Positions 56,060 to 64,000 of a stretch of 64,000 nt of DNA are shown here, in pieces (positions within the stretch are counted from its first letter, which is position 1; every line of letters starts with the position of its first letter). Source of the DNA: Nitrosopumilus sp. (GTDB taxonomy: Archaea; Thermoproteota; Nitrososphaeria; Nitrososphaerales; Nitrosopumilaceae); NCBI GenBank assembly GCA_965218695.1, contig OZ244651.1:416001-480000 (forward strand). Direction: 5' to 3'. The notes under the pieces were generated by a model. It saw only the letters and a list, made by a program, of their open reading frames with translations. It was not told where the DNA came from and did no database searches. The position numbers and the translations under genes are program-made.

Positions 56060-57308
56060 GGCGTTGTCCACATTTTGATAATTAGGTCTCATTTCACGAT
56101 ATTTTGGATTCGTGCAGGTGTCCTAAATCGTAACCCTGGAGGGGTTTTTGACACTGCCATGCCTACGATTTGTCATTTTTGAACTGTTTTCATCATGTGG
56201 TGCATGGCATCCGCTGGAACCGGAAACCGGCATTCTGCCCCTGCCGGAGCCCTATGCTATCAGATTGTAGCAGATGCTTCTCAGGATGACTTGGAGCCTT
56301 TGCATGGGAAACGTCTTTGCTGCCACGACGGAACCGAACCTCTCCTTCATGGACGAGAACACGGACTCGACGAGGTTGCGTTGGTGGTACACCTTCTCGA
56401 ATCCTTCCCGATCCCGCCTGAACCAGCGGAGCATCTCTGCCCTGGGATTGAAGCCCTTTGCGGTGTGGTTTTTGCGGGGCCAGATCACCGGTTTTCTGCC
56501 GCTGTCGTAGATCATCTTGCAGTTGGCGTGCGCGTCATACGCCGAATCCAGCATGACATGCCCGTCGCCGTCTGGCGTGCGGGCAAACATCTTTCTGAAT
56601 ATAGGCGAGTCGTGGGCAAGTCCGGGCGTCACCATGCATGCGGCGATCCTTCCGTGCGGGGCTACCAGTATGTGCAGCTTGACGAACTGACGCCTGGGTA
56701 TGATGCCCTTCTTGGCATCCTCCCAGTCGGCGTAGATGTTGATGGAAAACCCGCTTGCGTCCCCAAGGAGCGGACCGCATGCGTCGCCTCCTGCCTGTCT
56801 TGGCATCACCCCCATCAGCATCTCCTGTTGCTCTGCCAGATGTTTGGCTGCTGCATGCAGGCATGATTTGGACGGAACGGCTTTTAAGCCGCAGACGTGC
56901 AGTGAACCCGGGTTTGCCTCAAGGTACGAGACGTGTTCCCGGTACGAGTTGCCGCGAAACTCCTTGTCCACGAGGCAGATCAAGTAGGAGATTCTGCGCC
57001 GGTCCTTGTCGGACTCGGGTTTGCAGATCTCGTACAGGGTGGTGGTAAGGGAACGGATGCTGTGAATCACACGCTTCCCCTCTCCACTTCTTCGTATCTC
57101 GTATTCCTTGCTGTAGCCTTTCGGCCGTACCCATTTCTTCTTGTTTTCCTTGTCGCTGTTTTCCTTGTCTCTGTTCTTTGCCTTCCTCTTTTTCCTGTTG
57201 GAATTCATTAATTGTGGACGGGATCGGTGATCCAAAACCTTTCTGATGCCTGACGCTGATGATCTTTAAGCTTATCGATGGTTTTTTGACGAAGGTGTGG
57301 ACAACGCC
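56060..57308 (-). mobile_element. IS5-like element (type b), copy 2
   Basis: TIR GGCGTTGTCCAC; 10-bp TSD ACAACGCCTC at 56050..56059, right copy split by IS66 (57309..57313 plus 58867..58871). Confidence 0.9.
56252..57235 (-). CDS. IS5-like DDE transposase
   Basis: Close paralogue of 32889..33857. Confidence 0.88.
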   Translation of the reverse strand: MDHRSRPQLMNSNRKKRKAKNRDKENSDKENKKKWVRPKGYSKEYEIRRSGEGKRVIHSIRSLTTTLYEICKPESDKDRRRISYLICLVDKEFRGNSYREHVSYLEANPGSLHVCGLKAVPSKSCLHAAAKHLAEQQEMLMGVMPRQAGGDACGPLLGDASGFSINIYADWEDAKKGIIPRRQFVKLHILVAPHGRIAACMVTPGLAHDSPIFRKMFARTPDGDGHVMLDSAYDAHANCKMIYDSGRKPVIWPRKNHTAKGFNPRAEMLRWFRRDREGFEKVYHQRNLVESVFSSMKERFGSVVAAKTFPMQRLQVILRSICYNLIA

Positions 57309-57313
57309 ACAAC

Positions 57314-58858
57314 GTATGAATTCACCTGCCCCTTATATCAGTCGACCAACTTCTTCGGCCACGCTCTTGCCATGTGCCCTCCACGTGAGGACGCACGTGA
57401 CAAAATCTGCAAGGCGCTTCATGGCCTTGGAGCCGCCCTTGGTCTGCCCGCTTATCTTGCGGAACACCACCAGGTAGCGCAGCGCCCTCTCGCTGGCGTT
57501 GTTTGTAGGCTCGACGCCGGGATGCTCCAGGAACGCAAACATGCGGTGCAGGTGCCTCTCGAGCTTGTCCAGCACCTTTTGCATGTCGTCATCGTTACCA
57601 CCACCACCGGCATCGCGGTACCGGTCAAGCACGTCCTGCATGGTGCGGTTCATCGTATGCCGCAGCTGTGGCGAGCGCGCCTCCTGCGCGGCCAGCAGTT
57701 TTGCCCTCTCAAACACCCACTTGTGGTCCTCGTGGAGCTGCTGCCGCCGCCGCCGGACACGTTTGGTCTCGGGAGGCACGGCGCAGTATTTTTCTGCCAG
57801 GTGCCTTGTCTGCCGGAGGTCGTGCGCCCAGCACGACTGGTGCATGCCGTCCTTGTCAAACCTGTCATATCCGGTGTACCCGTCAGTTATCGCCACCCCG
57901 TCAAATTTGTCCATGGCATCGAGCATGAGCGTGGCCCTGCTCTGGCTGATGTTTATTGCGATGTTTTTGCCCGACTGTGCCACGTTTGCGTGTACCTTCT
58001 GGCCGTCGTTTCGCCAGCTGGTTTCGTCAAACCCGGCACAGTCAGAAGCCTCCACTTCCCCGAGGATCCTGCCTGCCTCGTGGCCCGAGGCGTCCCCGAC
58101 GCGTGCCATGATGTTGTTGACGGTGGATCCTGCAAGCATAATGCCCGTTATGGAGCGCACCGCGACCGAGATTCCCTTGAGCGGCACCCGTGCCGCGCGC
58201 AGTTCTGAGACGAGTCCGACCATGCCCTTGCCGAAGTTGCCCCGCCGCGGCAGGTCGTTTGGAGCATCTTCCCTGCGGCCGCATGAGCCGCATACTGCAG
58301 TCTCCACGCGGTGCCGCGTCTCGCACGCAGTCACCCTGATGTCCGTGATGTCCCGCACGCGCGGACTGCCAATCGCCATCCGGCCGCCGCCGCCGCCGCA
58401 CCCGCATTCCGGGAGCACCGGCACCCGCCTCCTGCCCGACTTCCTGCGCCCGAACCTGTGGGATACGGTCCTTTCCGGGTCGTGGGGGCGCGACGCCCCC
58501 GCGTGTCCCTTTCTTCCCCCGCGCTTGGATTTGCCCTCCTTTTCCTGTTTTTTTGCCCGCTCCCTCTTCTGGGCCTTCCATTCCAGGGATTCAGATGAGG
58601 GCGGCGTGTTGGGGTTTGTATAGTATGTCATGAGGCGTTCGCTGTACCCCAAGGCCCTTTCAAGACGTTCTATCCTGCCAAGTGCCTTCTCAAGATCGGA
58701 TTTGAGGGTGGCAATCTCCCGGTTCCGTGCTAGGAGTTCCTCTTTTAGCTGGTCCCTGCTCATGTGCCGTGAATTTACCATGTAAAGTGATGTGTATTGC
58801 CAGCATATGGATCAGTATGATCATTTTTTTGTGACAGGAAGGACAGGTGAATTCATAC
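57314..58858 (-). mobile_element. IS66-family element (type c)
   Basis: TIR GTATGAATTCACCTG; 8-bp TSD GCCACAAC at 57306..57313 and 58859..58866. Confidence 0.92.
57333..58781 (-). CDS. IS66-family transposase
   Basis: NTPPSS, GGRKGH, FDET, TDGY, QSCWAH, TNNASERALR. Confidence 0.92.
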   Translation of the reverse strand: MVNSRHMSRDQLKEELLARNREIATLKSDLEKALGRIERLERALGYSERLMTYYTNPNTPPSSESLEWKAQKRERAKKQEKEGKSKRGGRKGHAGASRPHDPERTVSHRFGRRKSGRRRVPVLPECGCGGGGGRMAIGSPRVRDITDIRVTACETRHRVETAVCGSCGRREDAPNDLPRRGNFGKGMVGLVSELRAARVPLKGISVAVRSITGIMLAGSTVNNIMARVGDASGHEAGRILGEVEASDCAGFDETSWRNDGQKVHANVAQSGKNIAINISQSRATLMLDAMDKFDGVAITDGYTGYDRFDKDGMHQSCWAHDLRQTRHLAEKYCAVPPETKRVRRRRQQLHEDHKWVFERAKLLAAQEARSPQLRHTMNRTMQDVLDRYRDAGGGGNDDDMQKVLDKLERHLHRMFAFLEHPGVEPTNNASERALRYLVVFRKISGQTKGGSKAMKRLADFVTCVLTWRAHGKSVAEEVGRLI

Positions 58859-58903
58859 GCCACAACGCCTCCAATCCTTTAATAGGTCACGCCATACCTG
58901 TGT

Positions 58904-59554
58904 ATGTTGAGCCCGGATGATGTCCAGGAGAGAATATATCCGCTCGGTTACGAGCCCAAGGACGTTCCAGACCCGCATGATCAGGACACCCGGAACAAGC
59001 TTCTCAACTTCATTCTCGCATCCCAAGTCTCCGAGGTCGTAGACACCGATCTCTTCGCGGTGATGGCAAAGAGGCGCTCCACAAGGCGGTTTCTTGACAG
59101 GCCAGTCGATGCAACCAAGGTGGACAAGATCATCGCGGCTGCAGACACGGCCCCCACTGCGGGAAACTATCAGGGGTTTGAGATATTCTACGTCCGTAGC
59201 CCCGAAAAGAAGGTGCGCCTGGTGGAGGCATGCAACAACCAGCCGTACGTCCACGCGCCGGTGGTCCTTGCCTTCTGCAAGAATCCCTCCCGGGTAAAGT
59301 TTGACTTTTCTGAGTACATCCTCAAAAAGTTTGCAATCCAGGACGCCACCCTGGCCGCAGGCTACTCGCAGCTTGCAGCGCAGGCGCTGGGGCTGAGCTC
59401 CATCTGGATAGGCATGTTTGACGAGAAGAAGGTGATGGCCGTGCTGGGGACCGATCTTGTCCCGTCATCGATCCTGTGCATCGGATACCCCAAGCAGACA
59501 AAGTTCCCAAAGTCCCGACGGAACCTAAAGGATCTGGTCCATGTCGTCTGGTGA
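58904..59554 (+). CDS. Nitroreductase family protein
   Basis: RRSTRRF, APTAGNYQ, GLSSIWIG, IGYP. Confidence 0.9.
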   Translation: MLSPDDVQERIYPLGYEPKDVPDPHDQDTRNKLLNFILASQVSEVVDTDLFAVMAKRRSTRRFLDRPVDATKVDKIIAAADTAPTAGNYQGFEIFYVRSPEKKVRLVEACNNQPYVHAPVVLAFCKNPSRVKFDFSEYILKKFAIQDATLAAGYSQLAAQALGLSSIWIGMFDEKKVMAVLGTDLVPSSILCIGYPKQTKFPKSRRNLKDLVHVVW

Positions 59555-59611
59555 TCCTGCCGGCCCAGCCAATCGCCCATCTTTAAATAATCATGGCTTC
59601 CTGTGTAGTTT

Positions 59612-59854
59612 ATGGTTACCGCGTATGTCATGCTGAACTGTGATCTGGGGGCAGAATCCGAGGTCATCAAGGCGCTGCATGAGATAGAGCAGACAGTGGA
59701 CGTCTTTGAGACCATCGGGACGCATGACGTGATGGTGAAGATCCAGGCAGAGAACTTTGAGAAGATCAGGGAGGTCGTATCCTGGAACATCCAGAAGATG
59801 AAGAAGATCCGCTCCACTGTCACCCTGATAAAGAAAGAGACCGCCGCCGCCTGA
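59612..59854 (+). CDS. Lrp/AsnC ligand-binding (RAM) domain protein
   Basis: AYVMLN, G.HD..VKI, IRSTVTLI. Confidence 0.85.
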   Translation: MVTAYVMLNCDLGAESEVIKALHEIEQTVDVFETIGTHDVMVKIQAENFEKIREVVSWNIQKMKKIRSTVTLIKKETAAA

Positions 59855-59905
59855 ATTCGTGCAGATCCCCAAACCCCTAATAACGCGCGTGCCAGACGTG
59901 GTGGC

Positions 59906-60418
59906 ATGACCACGATATACCTTGCAAGCCCGTACGGCTTTACCTCTGCAGGCGTGGAGTACCTGGCAAAGATCGTCCCGTTCCTGCAGGAGAAGAACCT
60001 GACGGTGCTGGACCCGTGGAGAAGCCTGCCAGAGGTTGCGCAGAAGATCAAAGACATCCAAAGGCTTCCCCTGGAGTCCCAGAACCGGCACCTCGGGCGC
60101 CTCAACGACTCCGTGGCAGACCAGAACACCCGGGACATAGACCAATCCGACGTGGTCGTAGCCGTGCTTGACGGCACGGATGTCGACAGCGGGGTCGCAG
60201 CCGAGATCGGGTACGCGTTTGCACAAAGAAAGAGGATCTACGGGTACAGGAGCGACTTTAGGCTTGCAGGGGACAATTCTGCTGCCCTGGTAAACCTGCA
60301 GGTGGAGTACTTTATAACCAGGTCGGGGGGCGCGATATTCGACACTCTGGAGAACCTCGGGGACGCACTGTCCGGAGAATCCGGCCGGCCGTTGCCGCCG
60401 CCGCCGGCTGCCCCATAA
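59906..60418 (+). CDS. Nucleoside 2-deoxyribosyltransferase family
   Basis: IYLASP, DSGVAAEIGYA, NLQVE. Confidence 0.88.
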   Translation: MTTIYLASPYGFTSAGVEYLAKIVPFLQEKNLTVLDPWRSLPEVAQKIKDIQRLPLESQNRHLGRLNDSVADQNTRDIDQSDVVVAVLDGTDVDSGVAAEIGYAFAQRKRIYGYRSDFRLAGDNSAALVNLQVEYFITRSGGAIFDTLENLGDALSGESGRPLPPPPAAP

Positions 60419-60425
60419 CCTTTGA

Positions 60426-60827
60426 TCACTTGGAATCGCCCGGACTCTCCCTTCTGCCCGGCCCCACTATGTCCTCGGGCCTCACCCTGCTGTCCCAGTC
60501 TCCCCTCATCCCCTTGACGAGTGCGACTGCCCCTGCGCCGATGATCCCGATCACCAGGGACAGGAACAGCACCTCGGCTCGAATCTTGTCTGCGCAGTCG
60601 ACCTCCCGGGGCGGAATCTCCTCTCGGACCCCCTCCCCCCATGGCGGCAGCAGCGCATCCTCGCGGGGGCCCTCCACGTACGTGCTCTCATCTGCGTACT
60701 CGTAGCATGTCCCAAACTCGCCTGATTCCACAAACGCGCCACTGTACCTGTCTCCGAGAACCCCCAGTACCACAAACCCTGCAAAGATCAGTGCGACACC
60801 GGCCAGGATGAATCGCATGTCGCTCAT
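60426..60827 (-). CDS. Membrane protein (two TM helices)
   Basis: Two hydrophobic segments, KGMRGDWD tail. Confidence 0.7.
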   Translation of the reverse strand: MSDMRFILAGVALIFAGFVVLGVLGDRYSGAFVESGEFGTCYEYADESTYVEGPREDALLPPWGEGVREEIPPREVDCADKIRAEVLFLSLVIGIIGAGAVALVKGMRGDWDSRVRPEDIVGPGRRESPGDSK

Positions 60828-60878
60828 GCCGGTTTTAGGCAGCCAGTCTATTTACGCCTTGGTTTCGTCATCATATCG

Positions 60879-61331
60879 TCATCCCTCAAGCAGCCTCTTC
60901 AGATTGCCAAGGGACTTTTCATAGAACGAGCCCATGGACTCCACAAACGCAAGAAACTCCGCCTCTGCCATTCTCTGGCTGTTCATGTACGACCTCCACG
61001 CTATCCTTGTCTTCCCTGCCGGTGCCGGGCTGAGCGATATCGTGGCAATATAGGCCCGCAGCGGCAGGCCGTCTGTTGCAGCATACGTAAAGTGCTCCCC
61101 GTTCTTCCAGTCGACTATGTGTTCCTCGACTTTGTCCCCGTTTGCAAACGTGAGCAGCCTGACTGCGCCGACGCCCCTCCTCTTCTTTGACAGGTATGCC
61201 GCATCCTGCACCCCTTCGGCCCATGCAGGCAGCCCCACGATGTTGCCAAGCACCCTCCACGCCCTTTCTGCAGGCGCCCCGACCGTGGCGGTCCTCTTCA
61301 GAGTTCCCGTGTGGAATGACCCTGGCCCCAT
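60879..61331 (-). CDS. SRPBCC (polyketide cyclase/START-like) protein
   Basis: APAERAW, GVGAVR, C-terminal LGNLKRLLE helix. Confidence 0.85.
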   Translation of the reverse strand: MGPGSFHTGTLKRTATVGAPAERAWRVLGNIVGLPAWAEGVQDAAYLSKKRRGVGAVRLLTFANGDKVEEHIVDWKNGEHFTYAATDGLPLRAYIATISLSPAPAGKTRIAWRSYMNSQRMAEAEFLAFVESMGSFYEKSLGNLKRLLEG

Positions 61332-61488
61332 GCTGGCTTGCGCGCGATGCGGGATTTAAAACTTGCACGACAGGCAGCAGGAACCGCTCACGCCATCGGC
61401 CCTTGGAGTTACCCGCAGGCCCTTTCCCGCTCCGGCAAGGCACCCAAAAGTCCAACGATTTTTAATCCCCAAATACCAATATACTGGG

Positions 61489-62766
61489 ATGGTGTTTGGC
61501 TGGGGCAGAAAGAAGCGGGAGGACGAGCCTGTCCGGGAGGTTCCGCAGCGCAGCGAGATCGGCCTGCATGACGTGCCCAGTGTACTTGCCGAACTGAACC
61601 AGACAAAGGCCGCACGTGCAGTCCATGACATAATCTACCTGCGCGACGCGATCGCGCCGCTTGTCGATGACATGATGAGGATTGGGAACCTGCTGGAGAG
61701 GGACAGCCTCAACGTTGACGACATAGACAAGCATCTTGCAGTGATAGTAGTCCGTGGAAAGAAGCAGGTCATTGAGGTCATCAAGAGGGAGGTGGCCCAC
61801 CTGCAGCCGGTATCGTCCATTCGGGACGTGCCTGCCTTCGAGTCCACCCTGAACCAGCTCCTCAAGAAGGTCGGATCCGTCCTTGGACGGCAGTCCAAGG
61901 TGATACACATATTTGCAAAAAAGTACGCCGGACGCCTAAAGAGCAACCTTGAGATGATGACTACCCACCACAAGAGGATCCGCGAGCTGATCTCCGAGTA
62001 CGACTCTGTGGTGGCCAAGTCCGACGAGATAACCGGCATGATCGACCAGATCGGTGCCCTGGGAACCTCCAGGCAGGAGGGATCCCAGAGGATCGGGGAG
62101 CTGCGCAAAGACATCGAGGAGAGGGATGCTGCAATAGCGTTCATCCGGAGCCTGATTGCCAAGATAAAGTCCTCTGACAGATACTGCAGGTATGTGGAAT
62201 TGAAGGACAACCTTGACGCGTTTGCAGGGCAAAAGGCCGAGATCCGGGCCAGGATAAACTCGCAGTTTGCCAAGATCTCAAGGCCCCTGGGCAGGTACGA
62301 GTACGGCTCGGCACTGGACAAGGACCAAAAGAGGGTCCTTTCGGGGCTCATCGCAGACCCGTTCGGCGTGCTTGTGGCGCCAAACCTGGCGCCCATCGGC
62401 GAGATACTGGCAAACGTCAAGCGGGGAATATCGTCCGGCTCCATCTCGGTCAAGGACGTTCCAAAGACGCTTTCATACCTGGCAGAGACTGCAGGGTCAG
62501 TCGGTGCGTTTGCAAGGCAGATCTCCGAGCATCATGCAGAGTACCATAGACTTGAAGAGGAGATGAACGCCGTAAGATCAGACGACCTGCAGACCACAGA
62601 GGAGGATCTTGCCAAGAGCATCGCATTCAAGGAGAGCGCCGAGGAGAGGATCCAGGTGATCCAAGACGACATGGACGCTGCCGCATCAAGGATCGTCCTG
62701 CTGAAGTCCCAGATTGGCGACGCGCTGGGGCAGTCCACAAAGTTCCAATACGTATTGAAATCCTAA
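61489..62766 (+). CDS. Coiled-coil hypothetical protein
   Basis: Long helical ORF starting MVFGWGRKK. Confidence 0.7.
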   Translation: MVFGWGRKKREDEPVREVPQRSEIGLHDVPSVLAELNQTKAARAVHDIIYLRDAIAPLVDDMMRIGNLLERDSLNVDDIDKHLAVIVVRGKKQVIEVIKREVAHLQPVSSIRDVPAFESTLNQLLKKVGSVLGRQSKVIHIFAKKYAGRLKSNLEMMTTHHKRIRELISEYDSVVAKSDEITGMIDQIGALGTSRQEGSQRIGELRKDIEERDAAIAFIRSLIAKIKSSDRYCRYVELKDNLDAFAGQKAEIRARINSQFAKISRPLGRYEYGSALDKDQKRVLSGLIADPFGVLVAPNLAPIGEILANVKRGISSGSISVKDVPKTLSYLAETAGSVGAFARQISEHHAEYHRLEEEMNAVRSDDLQTTEEDLAKSIAFKESAEERIQVIQDDMDAAASRIVLLKSQIGDALGQSTKFQYVLKS

Positions 62767-62793
62767 AATTGGCCAGGGCATGACATCATTGGT

Positions 62794-63198
62794 GTGATGA
62801 TATTCAAGACCAAAAAGATCGAGCGCAGCGTCGTGCTTCAAAGGGACGCGCTTGACAGCATACTGTCCTACTGCAAGATGAAGCATCCCAACGAGGCAGT
62901 CCTGATACTCAAGGGCAAGTCCAGGAAGGGGCAGATAAGGATTGACGGCCTTGTCATTCCGCCGTTCAGCGAGACGGGCCCCACGTTTGCCGGATTCCCG
63001 CACTCGTTTCTCCCCTTTGACATGAGCTATGTGGGGCTCGTCCACTCCCATCCAAGCGGCTCGGCCGAACCGTCAGTCACCGACCTGCACAACTTCTTTG
63101 GCCTGGTATCGCTGATAGTCAAGTTTCCATACGATGACGAGTCGGTATTTGCCTGGGACAGCGGCGGAAACCCCGTGCCACTGACTACGGCGGAGTGA
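62794..63198 (+). CDS. JAB/MPN+ (JAMM) metalloprotease
   Basis: HPNE and HSHPSGSAEPSVTD motif. Confidence 0.88.
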   Translation: MMIFKTKKIERSVVLQRDALDSILSYCKMKHPNEAVLILKGKSRKGQIRIDGLVIPPFSETGPTFAGFPHSFLPFDMSYVGLVHSHPSGSAEPSVTDLHNFFGLVSLIVKFPYDDESVFAWDSGGNPVPLTTAE

Positions 63199-63370
63199 TT
63201 CCGGGGCAAGAAATGAATCAATCGTTCATTTCATTTAAATACTGTTTTCCTGATTGAAATTCAATAACATGTTTAACATAAAAACACGTATTGCAAATAG
63301 CAATACACCAAAAAAACAATTTACAGAAAGAAACACAAACACAATAAAGAACGCAAACTTACGAAAAAAC

Positions 63371-64000
63371 GTAACTGTGTAGTTTTTTGATCAAATGCTG
63401 AATTCCATGTCTCCAAGAAACTATGTATTTTTTTGACATAGGACCAGACCCTCGCGCAGGACCGTGCCAAGATCATCTCCCCTTGCCTTGCATGTCTGCT
63501 TGATGCTCATCAGCGTGGCAATGGCGTCTGCGCCCTTCTTTGACCTGCTCCCGTTGCTGTTCTTGCGCAGGATGACGCACGGCCTGATGGCCCGCTCTGC
63601 CCGGTTGTTGTGGTATTCGACATCGTCTGTCTCCAGAAACGCAAACAGGTGATCCCTTTCCCGCACCAGCCTCTTGCGCATCCTGTTGCAGTGCTTGCAG
63701 TCGCGGTTCTTCTCGAGCCTGCCTATCATGGACGCGATGCGACGATCCAGCCTCTTCTTTGCGGCAAGCGCGTCTGCCCCTCCCGGAACGGCGCCGTCGA
63801 CGTGCGAGTCCCGCAGTATCGCGCGCAGCGTCCTTGCGTGCCGACGGTAGTCCTGGCCGGGATTCTTGTATCTCAGGGTGGCCTTGACGTCCCGGACGTA
63901 ATGCAGGTGGCACTTTTGGTGCATGGCTCCTATGACGTTCCACGCTCCCCACGAGTCAGACGTCACGCATCCCGGGTAGTCCTTGCCGAGCATCTTTTTT
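63371..64000 (-). mobile_element. IS66-family element, relative of 7914..9554 (truncated by window end); transposase C-terminus 63421..64000
   Basis: TIR GTAACTGTGTAGTTTTTTGATCAAATG; protein closely similar to the C-terminus of 8065..9504. Confidence 0.9.

Overview
This is a chromosomal segment of an ammonia-oxidising archaeon (Nitrosopumilaceae-like, inferred from cdvA, FEN1, proteasome beta, the DRG GTPase, Thi4 and thaumarchaeal-type hypotheticals). It is probably an animal or sponge symbiont, inferred from a serpin, an FN3/S-layer chimera and heavy IS expansion. The housekeeping backbone carries serB, cofE, ppk2, tusA, cysK, thi4, trxB, sulfite reductase, rhodanese, argS, trmI, nnrD, psmB, hom, msrB, thyX, cdvA, acs, fen and tRNA-Ser(CGA). 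It is interrupted by 14 insertion sequences (IS5-like, IS66, IS630, IS110), about 18.7 kb or 29% of the window by hand count, most with readable terminal repeats and target-site duplications. Highlights: (1) Two different IS110/IS1111-type elements each carry a compact (about 105 nt) two-loop bridge-RNA-like structure upstream of the recombinase. The guide segments match the actual insertion flanks and the element's own end. (2) The accessory island between argS and trmI is punctuated by three related att-like sites sharing the core AGATTCATA, suggesting tandem site-specific cassette integration with no integrase in the window. (3) One IS630 has been hit by three further insertions. (4) Two toxin-antitoxin modules are disabled by ISs. 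(5) Microsatellite tracts are abundant, and one is translated inside ArgRS. All comparisons were made by eye; no searches or folding programs were run.
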